From an uncultured Actinomycetes bacterium (lineage in GTDB: Bacteria > Actinomycetota > UBA4738 > HRBIN12), in assembly GCA_963758715.1 (NCBI GenBank), contig CAVWWK010000014.1, positions 68,381-132,380 on the forward strand: a DNA stretch of 64,000 nucleotides, given 5' to 3'. The notes below the pieces were generated by a model, which saw only the letters and a list, made by a program, of their open reading frames with translations, was not told where the DNA came from and did not search any database. Shown here one piece after another: positions 39,872 through 51,308 of this stretch; the stretch's first letter is position 1; every line of letters begins with the position of its first letter. Both the position numbers and the translations under genes were made by a program.

Positions 39872-40488
39872 GTCTCGACGACGCCGTCCATGTGTGGCGT
39901 ACCTGGGCGCTCTTCGACGACCCGGGCTCACGGACGCCGACGCTGAGGCCGATCACCGGCGACAGGCGGATCTGGACGCCGCGGAGACCCGCTCGTGCGA
40001 GGTGCACCATCCATCGGCGCCATCGCGCGCCGGATCCCGGCTGCCGATGCGGGCTCTACGCGGTGAAGGACCCGAACCTGTTGCGGTACGCGCGCGATCC
40101 CGCCGTCCTGGGAACCGTGGCGCTGTGGGGACGGATCATGGAGCACGAGCTGGGGTTCCGTGGTGAGTTCGCGTACCCGCAGCGGCTCGGTCTGATCTGT
40201 TCCCTGTGCTTCTGGCAGTGGGGGGCGGGAACACGCGAGGTCGACCATGTCGCTAGGGTCGATCGCCACCAGCTCGTCCCACTGTGCGACACGCACCTGA
40301 CCCTTGCGATCGCCACGGGATACGACGTGACGGAGCTGCGTGACGCCGCGGTCGTTCGAACGTCGCTGCTGGCCACCTACGCGGTCGACCCGCTCGATCG
40401 GGGCCTCGCCGCCCGGCTCACGTCCCCACTGGACACCGTTCCACGTGCAGGAACTGCCGGCACTCTTCGTCCGTCAGCGAACGCGTGA
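39868..40488 (+). CDS. Cys/His-rich hypothetical protein
   Basis: The in-frame ATG at 39868 lies within ORF 39655..40488. Translation reads ...ARCTIHRRHRAPDPGCRCGLYAVKD...GTVALWGRIMEHELGFRGEFAYPQRLGLICSLCFWQW...LVPLCDTHL. The last 70 or so nt overlap the convergent 3' end of giant paralog 2, so the true stop may lie earlier. Confidence 0.55.
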   Translation: MSLDDAVHVWRTWALFDDPGSRTPTLRPITGDRRIWTPRRPARARCTIHRRHRAPDPGCRCGLYAVKDPNLLRYARDPAVLGTVALWGRIMEHELGFRGEFAYPQRLGLICSLCFWQWGAGTREVDHVARVDRHQLVPLCDTHLTLAIATGYDVTELRDAAVVRTSLLATYAVDPLDRGLAARLTSPLDTVPRAGTAGTLRPSANA

Positions 40489-43400
40489 CCTCCCGCCGGG
40501 CGATCTCGAGCAGGTCGTCGATGTCGAGCGCCCAGACCTTGATCTCTCCAGCGGTGATGGCTGCCAGCTTCGTGCCGTCGCGGCTGAAGTCCACGCGCCA
40601 CGCTCCGAGTTCGGAACCGGGCAGGGTGAACAGCAGATCGCCGGACTCGGCATCGAACATCCGGACGGCCGGGATTCCGAAGGAGCCCGTCGCGACGCGG
40701 GTTCCGTCGGGGCTGAAGGCCACATCGATGACCTCCCCTGAGCTCACCGCGAGGACCGCTTCGCGCTCTCCGGTCTCGACGTTCCACACTTCCGGCTGCC
40801 CGCCACCCGGCGGCGGGACGGTGGCGATCCGAGCTCCGCTCGAGTCGAACGCGAACCGACCCGTGGAGATCGGGAGCTCACGTACGACGCGTGCCCGCTC
40901 CCAATCCCAGAGCCGCATGCTGCGGCCGGACGACCCGGTCCCCGATGTGGCCACCAAGGCCCCGTCGGGGCTGAACCGCGCGAACCCGATCTCGAAAGCC
41001 TCGTCTTCCAGGGTCTGGATCTCGTTCCCGGTGCGATCCACTATGACGGCGGAGCCGTCGAGCATCGACATCAGCAGCAGCGTGCCATCTGGGCTCCAGT
41101 CGACATCGCTTACCCCGGGCGGACCGTCGACCGTGAACAGGGGTCGTCGTGTGGCCCTGCCCCAGGCCTCCACGCGCCCGCCGTTCCACTCGCTAACGGC
41201 TACCGATCTGCCGTCGGCACTCACCGACACCTCCCCGTCGTACCAGTCTTGACCGAAGCGAGGGGAGCCGATCGTGTCGAGGGGGCGCCGCGCCTCGGTG
41301 TCCCAGATCGTGACTGTGCCCTCTCCGTTGGACGCCGCGAGGTGGCCGCCCGGCAGGAACTCGGCGTCGCCCAGCAGGTAGTTCGCGTTCAGGTTCGCCC
41401 ATTCGGCGTCGCCGTCGAAGCCGATGTCCCAGATCTTCACCGCGGCCCCATCCTGCGCTCCGAACATGATCTGGGATCGGTCTGGAGAGAAGGCGATGCC
41501 CGCGATCCCACCCAGCGTCTCCGCGGACGAGAGCGACAGCACCTCTCTCGCGCCGTCAACCTCCCACACCTTGACTTCCCCGTCCTCGGCAGCCGAGGCC
41601 AGGAACGACGAATCCGAGCTCCATGCGACCCTCGTGACGAAGCCGTTGTGACCGATGAGCCCGAATGCGTGCTCCCCCGAAACCGCGTCGTAGACCTCGA
41701 TCGATGGGTGGGTCGTCGTGCCTGCGATGAACCGACCATTCGGGCTCCATGCCAGGGACCCGAAGGAAGGCTGCTTCGCGAACACGTGCTCTTCGGTCTC
41801 GAGGTCGATCACGATGAACCCGAAGGAGTCTCGGGTCTGGGAGTCGGTCGTCACGGCGATCCGCTGCCCGTCGGGACTGAGCGCGGTGGCACGAGGCACC
41901 CCAGGGACTCGAAGCGTTTGGACCTCATCCCGGGACAGGTCGACGACGCGTACGACCCGTTCACGGGGCCAGGAGGCTGCGAACGAACCCTCGGCGCCGG
42001 CCGAGAGCCCGGTCGCCGAACCCTGGCCGACGTACTCGACGAGGAGGTCGCCGGTCGACGGATCCCACACCTTCAGGATCCCGTCGGCACCCGTTGTGGC
42101 GAGGGTGGCACCGTCGGCGCTGAATGCCACGCCCGTCACGCCCCCGTCGTGGTCTCCGACCGTATGCACGAGCGCTCCCGTCCCGGCGTTCCTGATCGCA
42201 ACCAGCCCCGAGCCGCGCGGTCCCTCGGCTGCGAACACGCCGTTCGGACCCCACGCCACGGAGCCGCCGACGTCGGGCACGGTCAACGCCGCCCGCGACG
42301 CGCTGAGGGCCCGATGCATTGCATCCTCGGCCTCGGGGAGGACGGAGCCGTCGAGCGATCTCGAGAGGTCGACGGCCTCCATGGCCAGCAGGATGCTTCG
42401 CTCGGGGTCGGTGTCCACGTTGACGACGGCCGCGGCCGCGAGCTCCCGCGCCGTCGCGATCGTGGCCTCTCGGCCCGCCCTCTCGCCTTGGTTCATCGCG
42501 ATCGCGGTCAGCGTTCCCGCGACGAGGGCGGCGGCGCCGAGCACCGCGACGAGTGACCGGAGCCGTCGGATCGACCGGCGTTCCAGGACCCGTTCGCGTT
42601 CTTCGGCCTCGCGCTCGGCGGCGTTCTCTTCATCGCGCAAGGCGATGCTCGCGTCCAGGTAGGCACGGTCGTTCTCCACCAGGGAGAGCGTCGTCGTCTC
42701 GGTCCACGCCTGGGCTCTCTCGAGTCGCGCTCCCCGCAGCAGGAAGCTCGGATCTCGCCCGCTCGTCGTCCACTCGGCGGCGGCCGCGGAAAGCTGTCGT
42801 TGTGCCCGGATGTCGTCCCGGGCTTCTTCGATCCAGACGCGCAGCCTGGCCCACGATCCCAGCAGCGCCTCGTGCGCGATCTCGATCGTGGGCTCGCGCG
42901 TCTCCGGGTCGCGGTCGAACGAGAGCAGGCGATGCCGGCCGAAGGCGTCGATCACGCTCTCGAACGCCACCGGGTCGGCGACCGGCGTGAGCTCCGAGCG
43001 CCGCACCCGTCGCCGCGTGTCCTGCGCCCCCTCACCGAGCGTGACCATCCTGAGCAGGAGCTGGCGGCAGGCGACGCGCGCGCCCTCGTCCATCGCGGCG
43101 AACAACCGGTCGGCGCGTTGCGCGACGGCGCCGGACACCCCGCCGATCCCCCGGTACCCGTCGAGCGTGAGCGCGCCGTCCTCACGTCGCTCGGCCAGCT
43201 CGGTGAGCGCGAACTGCAGCAACGGAAGCGCGCCCGGCTGGTCGACGACGTCGGCGATCATCACGGCCAGCAGCGACGGCTCGACGTGGAGCTCGGCCCG
43301 TTCCGCGGGCTCCACGATCGCGCGTTCGAGCTCGTCGGGTGACATCGGTGCGATCGCTTCGGTGCGTTCGGCGAGCAGGTCTCCGAATCCCCGGATCGAA

Positions 43401-45440
43401 AGTGGCTCGTCGAAGAAGTCCGCTCGCAGGGTCGCGACGATCCTGATCCGGCTGCCGGGTTCGAGCGCGGCCGCCCGGAGTGTGGAGAGCACGTGTGCGC
43501 GCTCGCGTTCGTCCTCGACCAGCGTGAACACTTCCTCGAGCTGGTCGACCACGATCAGCAGCTCGTCGTCGGTGTGAGGAAGCACGCGGTGCGCTGCTCG
43601 CACCAGGCCGAGCTCGTCGTGCTCGAGGTCGTCCAGGAGGGACGGCGGGGGTTCGATCGCCACGCTCAGCAGCGCCGATTCGAGCTCGCGGAGCGGATGG
43701 GAGCCCGGCAGGAGCTCGATCACGTACCAGCGGTCGGATCCGGGCACCGCCCCGGCGCGCAGCGCCGGCACCAGACCGGCTCGCACGACCGACGACTTCC
43801 CCGAGCCCGACGGCCCCACGACGGCCAGGAACCGGGCGGTGGCGGACTCGTCCCGCAACCTGTCGACAAGTCGAGCGACGAGCGCCTCGCGGCCGAAGAA
43901 GTCCGCTTCGTCGGCCTCCAGGAAGGCCCGCAGTCCCTTGTACGGGTTGCGGATCGTCCCGGGCGGCTCTCCGATGGCGGTGGCGCCGTCGACCGCTGCT
44001 CGGAAGGCGGCCGCCAGCTCGAGGGCGCCCGTGAAACGGTCGTCGAGCTCCTCGGCCGTCGCTCGAGCGATCGTGGTCTGGAGCGCTGGCGTCGGCTGCG
44101 CCCCGCCGAGCATCTGCGACGCAACGATCCCCAAGGCGTCAACGTCTGACTGCGGCGTGGCCGGTTCCTCGCGGAGCTGCGCCGCCACGACGAAGTCGGT
44201 CAGGTATGCGTTGCCCTCCTCGTCGAACAGCACGTTCCTCGGCTTCACGTCTCCATGCACGACACCCTGGCGGTGCGCGGCGTCCAGCGCGGCAGCAACC
44301 TGATCGAGGACGTCCGCGGCGCGGTCGGGCTCGAGCGGCCCCGCGCTCGAGCGATCGCTCCAAGCTCCCGCCGACGAGGAAGCGCGTCACCAGGTAGGCG
44401 GCGTCGGCCTCGCGCCAGTAGTCGTAGAGCGGCACGATGTGCGGGTGCTCCAATCGAGCCACGATCTGCGCCTCGCGTTCGAACCGGCGCACGAAGCCCG
44501 GGTCGTTCGCCAGCTTGGGATTCACGGCCTTGATCGCCACCTCGCGGCCGATCTGGGGCTGGATCGCACGATGGACGACACCGTTGGCGCCCCGACCCAC
44601 CTGCTCGAGCAACCGATAGCCGCGGAGAGGCTCGCCCCTGAGTGCGAGCTCCGGATCCTGGCGAAGGATCCGCTCGTGCAGGATCTGTAGATCGCGCGAG
44701 GGATCGATCCCGAGCTCGTCGGCCAGGGTCGTGCGGGCACGCTCGAACGCGGCGAGCGCGTCTGCCTGCCTGTCCTGTCGGTAGAGCGCGAGCATGAGCT
44801 CTCCCCACAGGCGCTCCCGCAGGGGGTGAGCGCGGGTCAAGCCCTCGAGCTCGGCGACGACCCGGTTGTGCTGGCCCAGGTCGAGCTGCGCCGCGATCTT
44901 CTCCTCGACCGTCTCGAGCCGGAGCTCCTCGAGCCGGGCGATCTCTCCCGAGAGCGACGGTTCGGCCGCGAGGTCGGCGAGGGCCGGGCCCCGCCACAGC
45001 TCGAGCGCCTCGGTGAGCGTGTCCGCGACATCACGCGGCTCGGTCTCCGAGACCCTCGCCTCGCCGAGGAGATCCTCGAACAGCTGAGCGTCCACCTCGT
45101 CCGGTTCCGCCCGGAGCCGGTAGCCGGGAGGACGCCCCTCGATCGTGTCCGGCCCGAGCACCGAGCGCAACCGCGAGATGTAGACCTGAAGGGTCGCCTT
45201 CGGGACCTCGGGAAGCTCTTCCCCCCAGACGGCGTCGATCAGGTGCTCGGCGGGAACGACCCTGTTCGCCGCCAGCACGAGGTGCGCGAGCACGATCCGC
45301 TGTTTGGGGCCGCCGAGTGGGCGCGGGCCGTCCTGCCCGGAGACCTCGAGAGGCCCGAGGACACCGAAGCGCACGGGCCGACGGTACATCCCGGATGCAC
45401 TATTCGGAACCCCCTGCCGATCCGTGGTGGTCGAGGACAC
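40418..45440 (-). pseudogene. Giant paralog 2 (SARP wHTH + BTAD + kinase-like + STAND-type NTPase + TM helix + WD40). Best preserved copy, single frame break at a C4 run (44339-44342)
   Basis: ORF 44139..45440 covers the wHTH, BTAD and kinase N-lobe (GRGANGVVHRA...VAIKAV). ORF 40418..44260 (1280 aa, uninterrupted) carries:
- HGDVKPRNVLF...DFVVA;
- NPYKGLRAF...FFGRE...VVGPSGSGKSS...LLIVVDQLEEVF;
- RLRSLVAVLGAAALVAGTLTAIAM;
- about 650 aa of WD40-like blades;
- the tail WALDIDDLLEIARREVTRSLTDEECRQFLHVERCPVGT*. Confidence 0.9.
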
Positions 45441-45500
45441 CGGGCCAGCCTGGGTCCTACCCCTTTCAGACCGCTTTCATCGACCGGCCCGGGCCGCGAC

Positions 45501-45873
45501 TCAGTAGGGAGGCTTCAGGCCGCGGAACATCGGGAAATGACGAACGTTGGTCGTGGCCAGCTTCAGGCCCGAGTGTTGGGCGGTGGCGGCGATCATCAGG
45601 TCGGCCACCCCGATGCCGACATGGCGCCGTCGATGGCGCCGCCCGCAGATCGCCCGCGAGCCGCGCGACCGGTTCATCGACCGGTGCCCACCACAGCCTC
45701 ATGAACAGCTGCTCGGCGGATCGCCGCTCCTCGCTCCTGAGACCCCAAAGGATCTCCACGCGGGTCACCTCGGAGCATGTAGGAACCTCGTCCAGAGCCA
45801 ACACGTAGTCGACCGCGTCAGGGTCACCGCGAAGCACGTCGATCAGCACGGTGGTATCGAGGACGACGCTCAT
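45501..45873 (-). pseudogene. vapC: PIN-domain toxin VapC, one frame break
   Basis: MSVVLDTTVLIDVLRGD... supplies the first acidic PIN residue. After a shift near 45640 the sequence continues VADLMIAATAQHSGLKLATTNVRHFPMFRGLKPPY*. The start overlaps the vapB stop (ATGA at 45870-45873). Confidence 0.8.
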
Positions 45874-46148
45874 GCTCGGCGTCGTTCGAGATCACGCTCA
45901 CGGGCGGCGTCGATCGACCGGATCTCGTCCACGTACCGGCTCCCCTCCGGGAGCCTCGCGGCCGAGCCGGCCGCGGCTCGGACGGCGTCTCGGAAGGCGA
46001 GGAGCTGCCCTCGCTCTGCCTGCGGTCCTGCGAGATAGGCGTCGACGGCTTCCCGTATGAGGTCGGACGTGGTGGTCCCGACGGCCGCCGCGCGCCTGGT
46101 CAGTGTCTCGTGCTGCGAGTCCTCGAGGTAGATCTGGGTGCGCCTCAT
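45870..46148 (-). CDS. vapB: Ribbon-helix-helix (CopG-type) antitoxin VapB
   Basis: The ATG at 46148 gives MRRTQIYLEDSQHETLTRRAAAVGTTTSDLIREAVDAYL.... This is the typical RHH N-terminus, and the ORF is intact. Alternative ATGs at 46169/46166 would add MMYATYI. Confidence 0.8.
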   Translation of the reverse strand: MRRTQIYLEDSQHETLTRRAAAVGTTTSDLIREAVDAYLAGPQAERGQLLAFRDAVRAAAGSAARLPEGSRYVDEIRSIDAARERDLERRRA

Positions 46149-46169
46149 GATGTATGTAGCATACATCAT
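46147..46169. promoter_or_regulatory. Perfect AT-rich inverted repeat overlapping the vapB start; candidate TA operator
   Basis: ATGATGTATG-TAG-CATACATCAT has 10-bp perfect arms and a 3-nt spacer. It is the most AT-rich spot in its neighbourhood. It lies in the 50-nt gap between the paralog 3 stop and vapB. Confidence 0.5.
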
Positions 46170-46198
46170 TGCATTCGGAGGCTGGCGGTGGAGATCCC

Positions 46199-49100
46199 TC
46201 AGGCGGGGCAGCGATCGAGGTGCAGGTACTGGTGGCACTCTTCGTCGGTGAGCGATCTGGTGACGTCTGTCGTGCGATCTCGAGCAGGTCGTCGATGTCG
46301 AGTGCCCAGATCCGGACGCACCCGTGACGCCCACCCGACGCGAGCATCGTGCCGTCCGTGCTGAATACCAGCCAGTTGGAGACCTCGACGTGGCCTCGAA
46401 GCACGAGCTGCTGCTCGCCCGAGGTTGCATCGTAGAGTCGGACGGAGCATCGTTCAGGGTCGCCGCCAGCCGAGTGCCGTCCGGACTGAAGTCGACGTTG
46501 GTGATCTTCTCCGGAGGGCAACGAGCTTCTCGAGGCGTCCTCGGTCTCCCATACCTCCCAGATCTTCGTCGTACGGCAGGGCACGGTGGCGAGCCGCGCA
46601 CCATCAGGAGCGAAGTCGGAATCAGCGAGACCAACCAGCGATCGTCCTCGACGACCTCGCCTCGCGCCAGGTCCCAGATCGTCGTGCGAGGCTCGACGTT
46701 TCCGATTCTCCGTTCCAGGGCGTGCACTCATCGCGACGGAACGCCCGCGGGGCTGAACCTGGCGGCTACGAGCCATGATACCCGTCGTCCTCGCGCAGGA
46801 CTTGGATCTCCCGACCGTTCCGATCAACGATCTTCGCCCAACCATGACTGCTCGCGAGGAACGAGCGGCCCTCGGGGCTCCAGTCGACTAGCTGGATGAG
46901 CTGGTCGTCGTGAGACGCGCAGGTTCGGTTTCCCGACGCGATATCCCAGACGTCGGACGCCTCATCCCCGAAGGTAACGATCGACTCGCCCGCCGGGCTC
47001 ACCTCGAGTTGAGGATGTCCGAGGCCGAAGAGATCCACGAACGGCGGATCGAGCCTCATCGGCGGTCCGCCCTGTTTCCCGGTCCCAGATCGCAAGCGCT
47101 CGGTGAGCCATCCTCCGATGCCGTCACATGGGGTCCGTCCGGCATGAAGCCAGCGGGATACCAATACGCGCCTGGGAAGTTCGCGACCTCGGCGCCACCC
47201 GAGATGCTCACGTCCCAGAGTCCATGACAGCCGTGAAGTCGGCATCCGAGCGGGTCATCACCGGGTCCCATCGGGCGAGAAGGCAACGCCGGTGATCTGG
47301 CCCGGCACGCGAGGAGAAGGACCGACACTTCCGTGGCGTCCCGCTCCACGATAGGCCACACCTTCGCGGTAGATTCCCTGCGGTTACCAAGCACGTCGAG
47401 TGCGGGATGCCCCCGCTCACCGGGTCGCATGCGTGGACTGGGCATCGGGAGTCCTGACCCACATGGCGACGGCGCCGTGTACCCTCGCAGCATTCGAACT
47501 CGAAGAGGTGTCGTCCGTTCGCGGCCAACACTGCCGAGGTCCCCGAATGTCGGTACGGCGATGTGCCGCCCATCTGGGACTCCATGCGACCGAGGTGAGC
47601 CCCTGGTCCGCGCATAGAGTCGGCGGCCATCACCGGTCTCGACATCGATCAGATGGAACACCTCGCCCTCGTAGCCCCCAGACGGCGACGACCCGTTCCC
47701 GTCGGGACTGAGCGCGACGTCGTTCGTGTACGGCGCAGCTGGGAACGTCCGGACTCGGCCCGTGTCAGCTCGACACTCGCACCGATCTCGAACGGTGCCT
47801 GAACTCGCCGCATGCCGCAGCGACCCGCGACCCATCCGCAGCTGAAGGAAGGACCCGCGCGCCCCACCCCGGACCCTGATGTCCTGATCAGATCGCCGCT
47901 TGACAGATCCCAGACCTTGAGCCGCCCGTCCTTGCCCGTCGTCGCGAGCATCGAGCCGTCGGGGCTGAACTCGGCGCCGGTGACCTTCCCGTCGTGGCCG
48001 GAAGCGAACGCATGATCTCGCCCGTCTCCTGGTCCCTGAGGTCGATGATCCCGACCGGGCGAGGGCCTTCCGACGCGAAGTCCCCATCCATGACGACGAG
48101 GCCCGCTGGGCCCCAGTCGATGGCACCCCGGTTCGGAGCCGCACGAGAGCTCATCTCGCCCGAGCCCGGGATCGACCTCACGATCCGCGACGCCGTCACA
48201 GCTCGGTGGAGCGCCTGTTCGGCCTCTCGCAGCACGGAGCCGTCGACCGAGCGCGTCCGGTCCACGGCCTCCTTCGCGAGCAGGATGCTGCAGCTCTGGA
48301 TCGACTCGAGGTTCGCGACGCGCCGCCGCAGCCAGTTCCCGAGCGAAGGCGACCCTCGCTTGGCTCCGCAGCTGCTCGCGCTGGCGGTCGCGATGACGGT
48401 GAGCACCGACGCCACCAGGGCGGCGACTGCGAACACCGCGACGAGCGCGCGCAGCCGGGAACGAGAGCGACGCTCCGTCCGTTCCTCGCGGCTCCGGCGG
48501 GCTTCGCTCCTCCGCCGCTCCTGGTCGCGCACGTCGACGCTCGCCTTCACGTATTCGCGCTCGGGTCGTCCGATCGCGAGGTCGGTCGATGCGGCCCACG
48601 ACTCGACCTGCTCCAGCCGCGCGCCTCGAAGCAGGAAGCTCGGGTCGCGGCCGGAACCTCGCCACTCCCCGGCCGCCGCGCCAGGCGGTGGTCCTGGCGG
48701 AGGTCCTCCCGGGCGTCGTCGATCCACGTTCGGAGTCTGGCCCACGCCGTGAGCAGTGCCTCGTGCGCGATCTCGACGGTCGGTTCCCGGGTCGACGGCT
48801 CCCGGTCGAACGTCAGCAAGCGGTGACGTCCGTACGTGTCCATCACCGTCTCGACGAGCTCGGGATCGACGTCGAGCGCATCGAGCTCGCTCCGCGTGAC
48901 GCGACGTCGCGTGTCCTGGCGGCCCTCCCCGATCGTGACGAGCCGCAGGAACACCTGGCGGATCGCCCGCTGCCCATCGGGCTCGGTCGGTCGCGAAGAT
49001 CCGGTCGGCCCGCGCGGACAAGGCGCCCCCGATGCCTCCGATCTCCTCGTAGGCCGCAGGGTGAGCCGGTCGCCGTCCCGTCGCTCGAACAGCTCGGTGA

Positions 49101-51308
49101 GCGCGTACTGCAGCAGCGGCAGCGCGCCGGGCTGGTGGGCGACATCGGCGATGATCTCTGCCTCGAGGCCGGGCTCGGCCGCGATGCCGACCCCTTCGGC
49201 CGGCCGTCGGATCGCCTGCTCGATCTCGTCGGGCGTGAGCGGGGGAACCGCCTCCGTCCGTGCCGCGAGCAGCTCGCCGAAGCGCGGGTACATCAAGCGG
49301 TCGGTCGTAGAAGTCGGCGCGCAGCGTGACGACGACCCGGAGTCTGCTCTCGGGATCGAGGGCCGCCACGCGCAGGGACTCGAGGAACAGCTCACGCTCG
49401 TGCTCGTCGGTGGTGAGGGTGAAGACCTCCTCGAACTGGTCGACGACCAGGACGAGGATCGCGGGTGCGGGCAGCACGAGATCCAGCGCGTCGAGGAGGC
49501 CTCGCGAGCTTCGATCGAGCAGGTCGTGCAGGCGTGACGTCGGGTGCGTTCCGACCCGGACGAGCGCCTGTTCGAGCTCCTCGATCGGGTGCGCTCCCGG
49601 GGAACATCTCGGCCACGAAGCACGGTCCTGCGCGTCCCCGAGGGCGCCCTGCCGGATCGCCGGCACCATCCCTGCCCTGACGACCGAGGACTTGCCCGCG
49701 CCGCTCGGGCCGACCACGGCGAGGAACCGGGCCCTGCCCGGTCTCGCCGAGCCGGCCGAGCAGCCGCGCGGTGAGCTCGCTCCGCCCGAAGAAGTCGTGG
49801 GCGTCGGCCTCGGTGAACGGCCTCAGGCCCTTGTAGGGGTTGCGGACGTCGGCCGGTCGAGGAGCTGGGGACCGTCTCGGGCGTCGGCGACCGTGCGTGC
49901 GGCCTCGACGAACGCCTCCGCGCCGGGGATCTCATCCGAGAGCAGCGTCCGCTCGACGAGCTCAGCGAGCCGATGCGGCATGCTCTCCGTCGAAGATGCT
50001 CTTCGCGAGCCTGGCGAGCTCGCGGATGTCATCGGCCGGCTCCGGTTCGGGCCCGACGCCGACCCGGAAGTCCCCGAGGTAGGCGTTGTGCTCCCCGTCG
50101 AACAGCACGTTGGAGGGGCGCAGCCCGCCGTGCGCGACGTGCTGTCGGTGTGCGAACGCCAGCGCCGAGGCGATCTGCTCGACGACCAGCGACGCACGAT
50201 CCGCCTCGAGCCGCTCGCCCGTGCCTCGAGGGCGGCGAGGCTTCCTCCCTTGAGGTACCGCGAGACGACGTAGGCGCCGCCGGGCTCTCTCCAGTAGTCG
50301 TAGACCGGGACGATGTGGGGATGTTCGAGCGCCGCGGCCGCCTGCGCTTCCCGTTCGAATCGCCGCACGAACGCGGGGTCCGACGCGATCTGCTCGTGGA
50401 AGATCTTGACCGCGACGTCTCGCCCCACGCGAGGCTGGAGCGCCCGGAAGACGACCCCGGTGGGCCCTTCGCCGATCTTCTCCAACAGGCGGTAGCCGCG
50501 CAGCGGGTCGCCGCGGAGCTCCAGGTCCGGGATCCTGCTTCAGGATCCGTTCGTGGAGCCGTGCGAGCTCCGGCGAGGGATCGACGCCAAGCTCGTCGGC
50601 CAGGATCTCCCGGACGCGCTGGTAGGCGCCGAGGGCCTCGGCTTGGCGCCCGTCTCGGTACAGGGCAAGCATGAGCTGGCGCCAGATGCGCTCCCGGAGC
50701 GGGTGCTGTGCGACCAGGAGCTCGGCTTCGCCGATGACTCGGGCGTGCTCGCCGATCGCCATCAAGGCTTCGACGCGCTCCTCCTCGGCGACCAGCCTCA
50801 GCTCATCCAGGCGTGTCGCCTCGGCGCGCAAGCCGCCATCCTCGGCGACGTCGGCGAGCGCGGGGCCGCGCCAGAGCCCGAGCGCCTCTTCCAACACGGA
50901 GGCGGCGATGCCCGGGTCGAGGGGTCCGACCTTCCTGGCGTCGTTGAAGAGCTTGTCGAACCGCGCCGCGTCCAGCTCCGAGGGATCGAGCCGCAGCCGG
51001 TAGCCGGGGGTCTGACCCTCGATGCGGTCGGCACCGAGCTCCTTCCGTAGCCGGGAGACGTACGTGTGGATCGTGCCCCGCGCGGACGCCGGTGCGTCGT
51101 CCTCCCAGACCTCGTTCACCAAGACGTCGGTCGGGACCAGCTCGTTGGCTCGGACGATCAGATGCGCCAGGAGTGCCCGCGGCCGGGGCCCGCCCAACGG
51201 GAGCGGTTGGTCTGCCCGATCGACCTCGAGCGAACCGAGGATCCTGAACTGCATCCTGGCCCCACCCGCAGATCGAGCCTGACCCTTCGAGGTGGTGGTT
51301 TCGACCAT
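46199..51308 (-). pseudogene. Giant paralog 3 (same architecture), at least ten frame breaks along its whole length
   Basis: Colinear pieces are:
- ORF 49962..51341 (FRILGSLEV..., BTAD);
- ORF 49823..50485 (GEGPTGVVFRA...VAVKIF...);
- HVAHGGLRPSNVLF...GDFRVGVG;
- ORFs 47888..49717 and 48547..49935 (VGPSGAGKSS, LVLVVDQFEEVF, DPSFLLRGARLEQVESWA, RLRALVAVFAVAALVASVLTVIAT);
- WD40 pieces in 47056..48144, 46766..47245 and 45898..46845;
- the tail ...VTRSLTDEECHQYLHLDRCPA* (46199).
The start is 51308 (MVETTTSK) or 51341. Confidence 0.8.
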
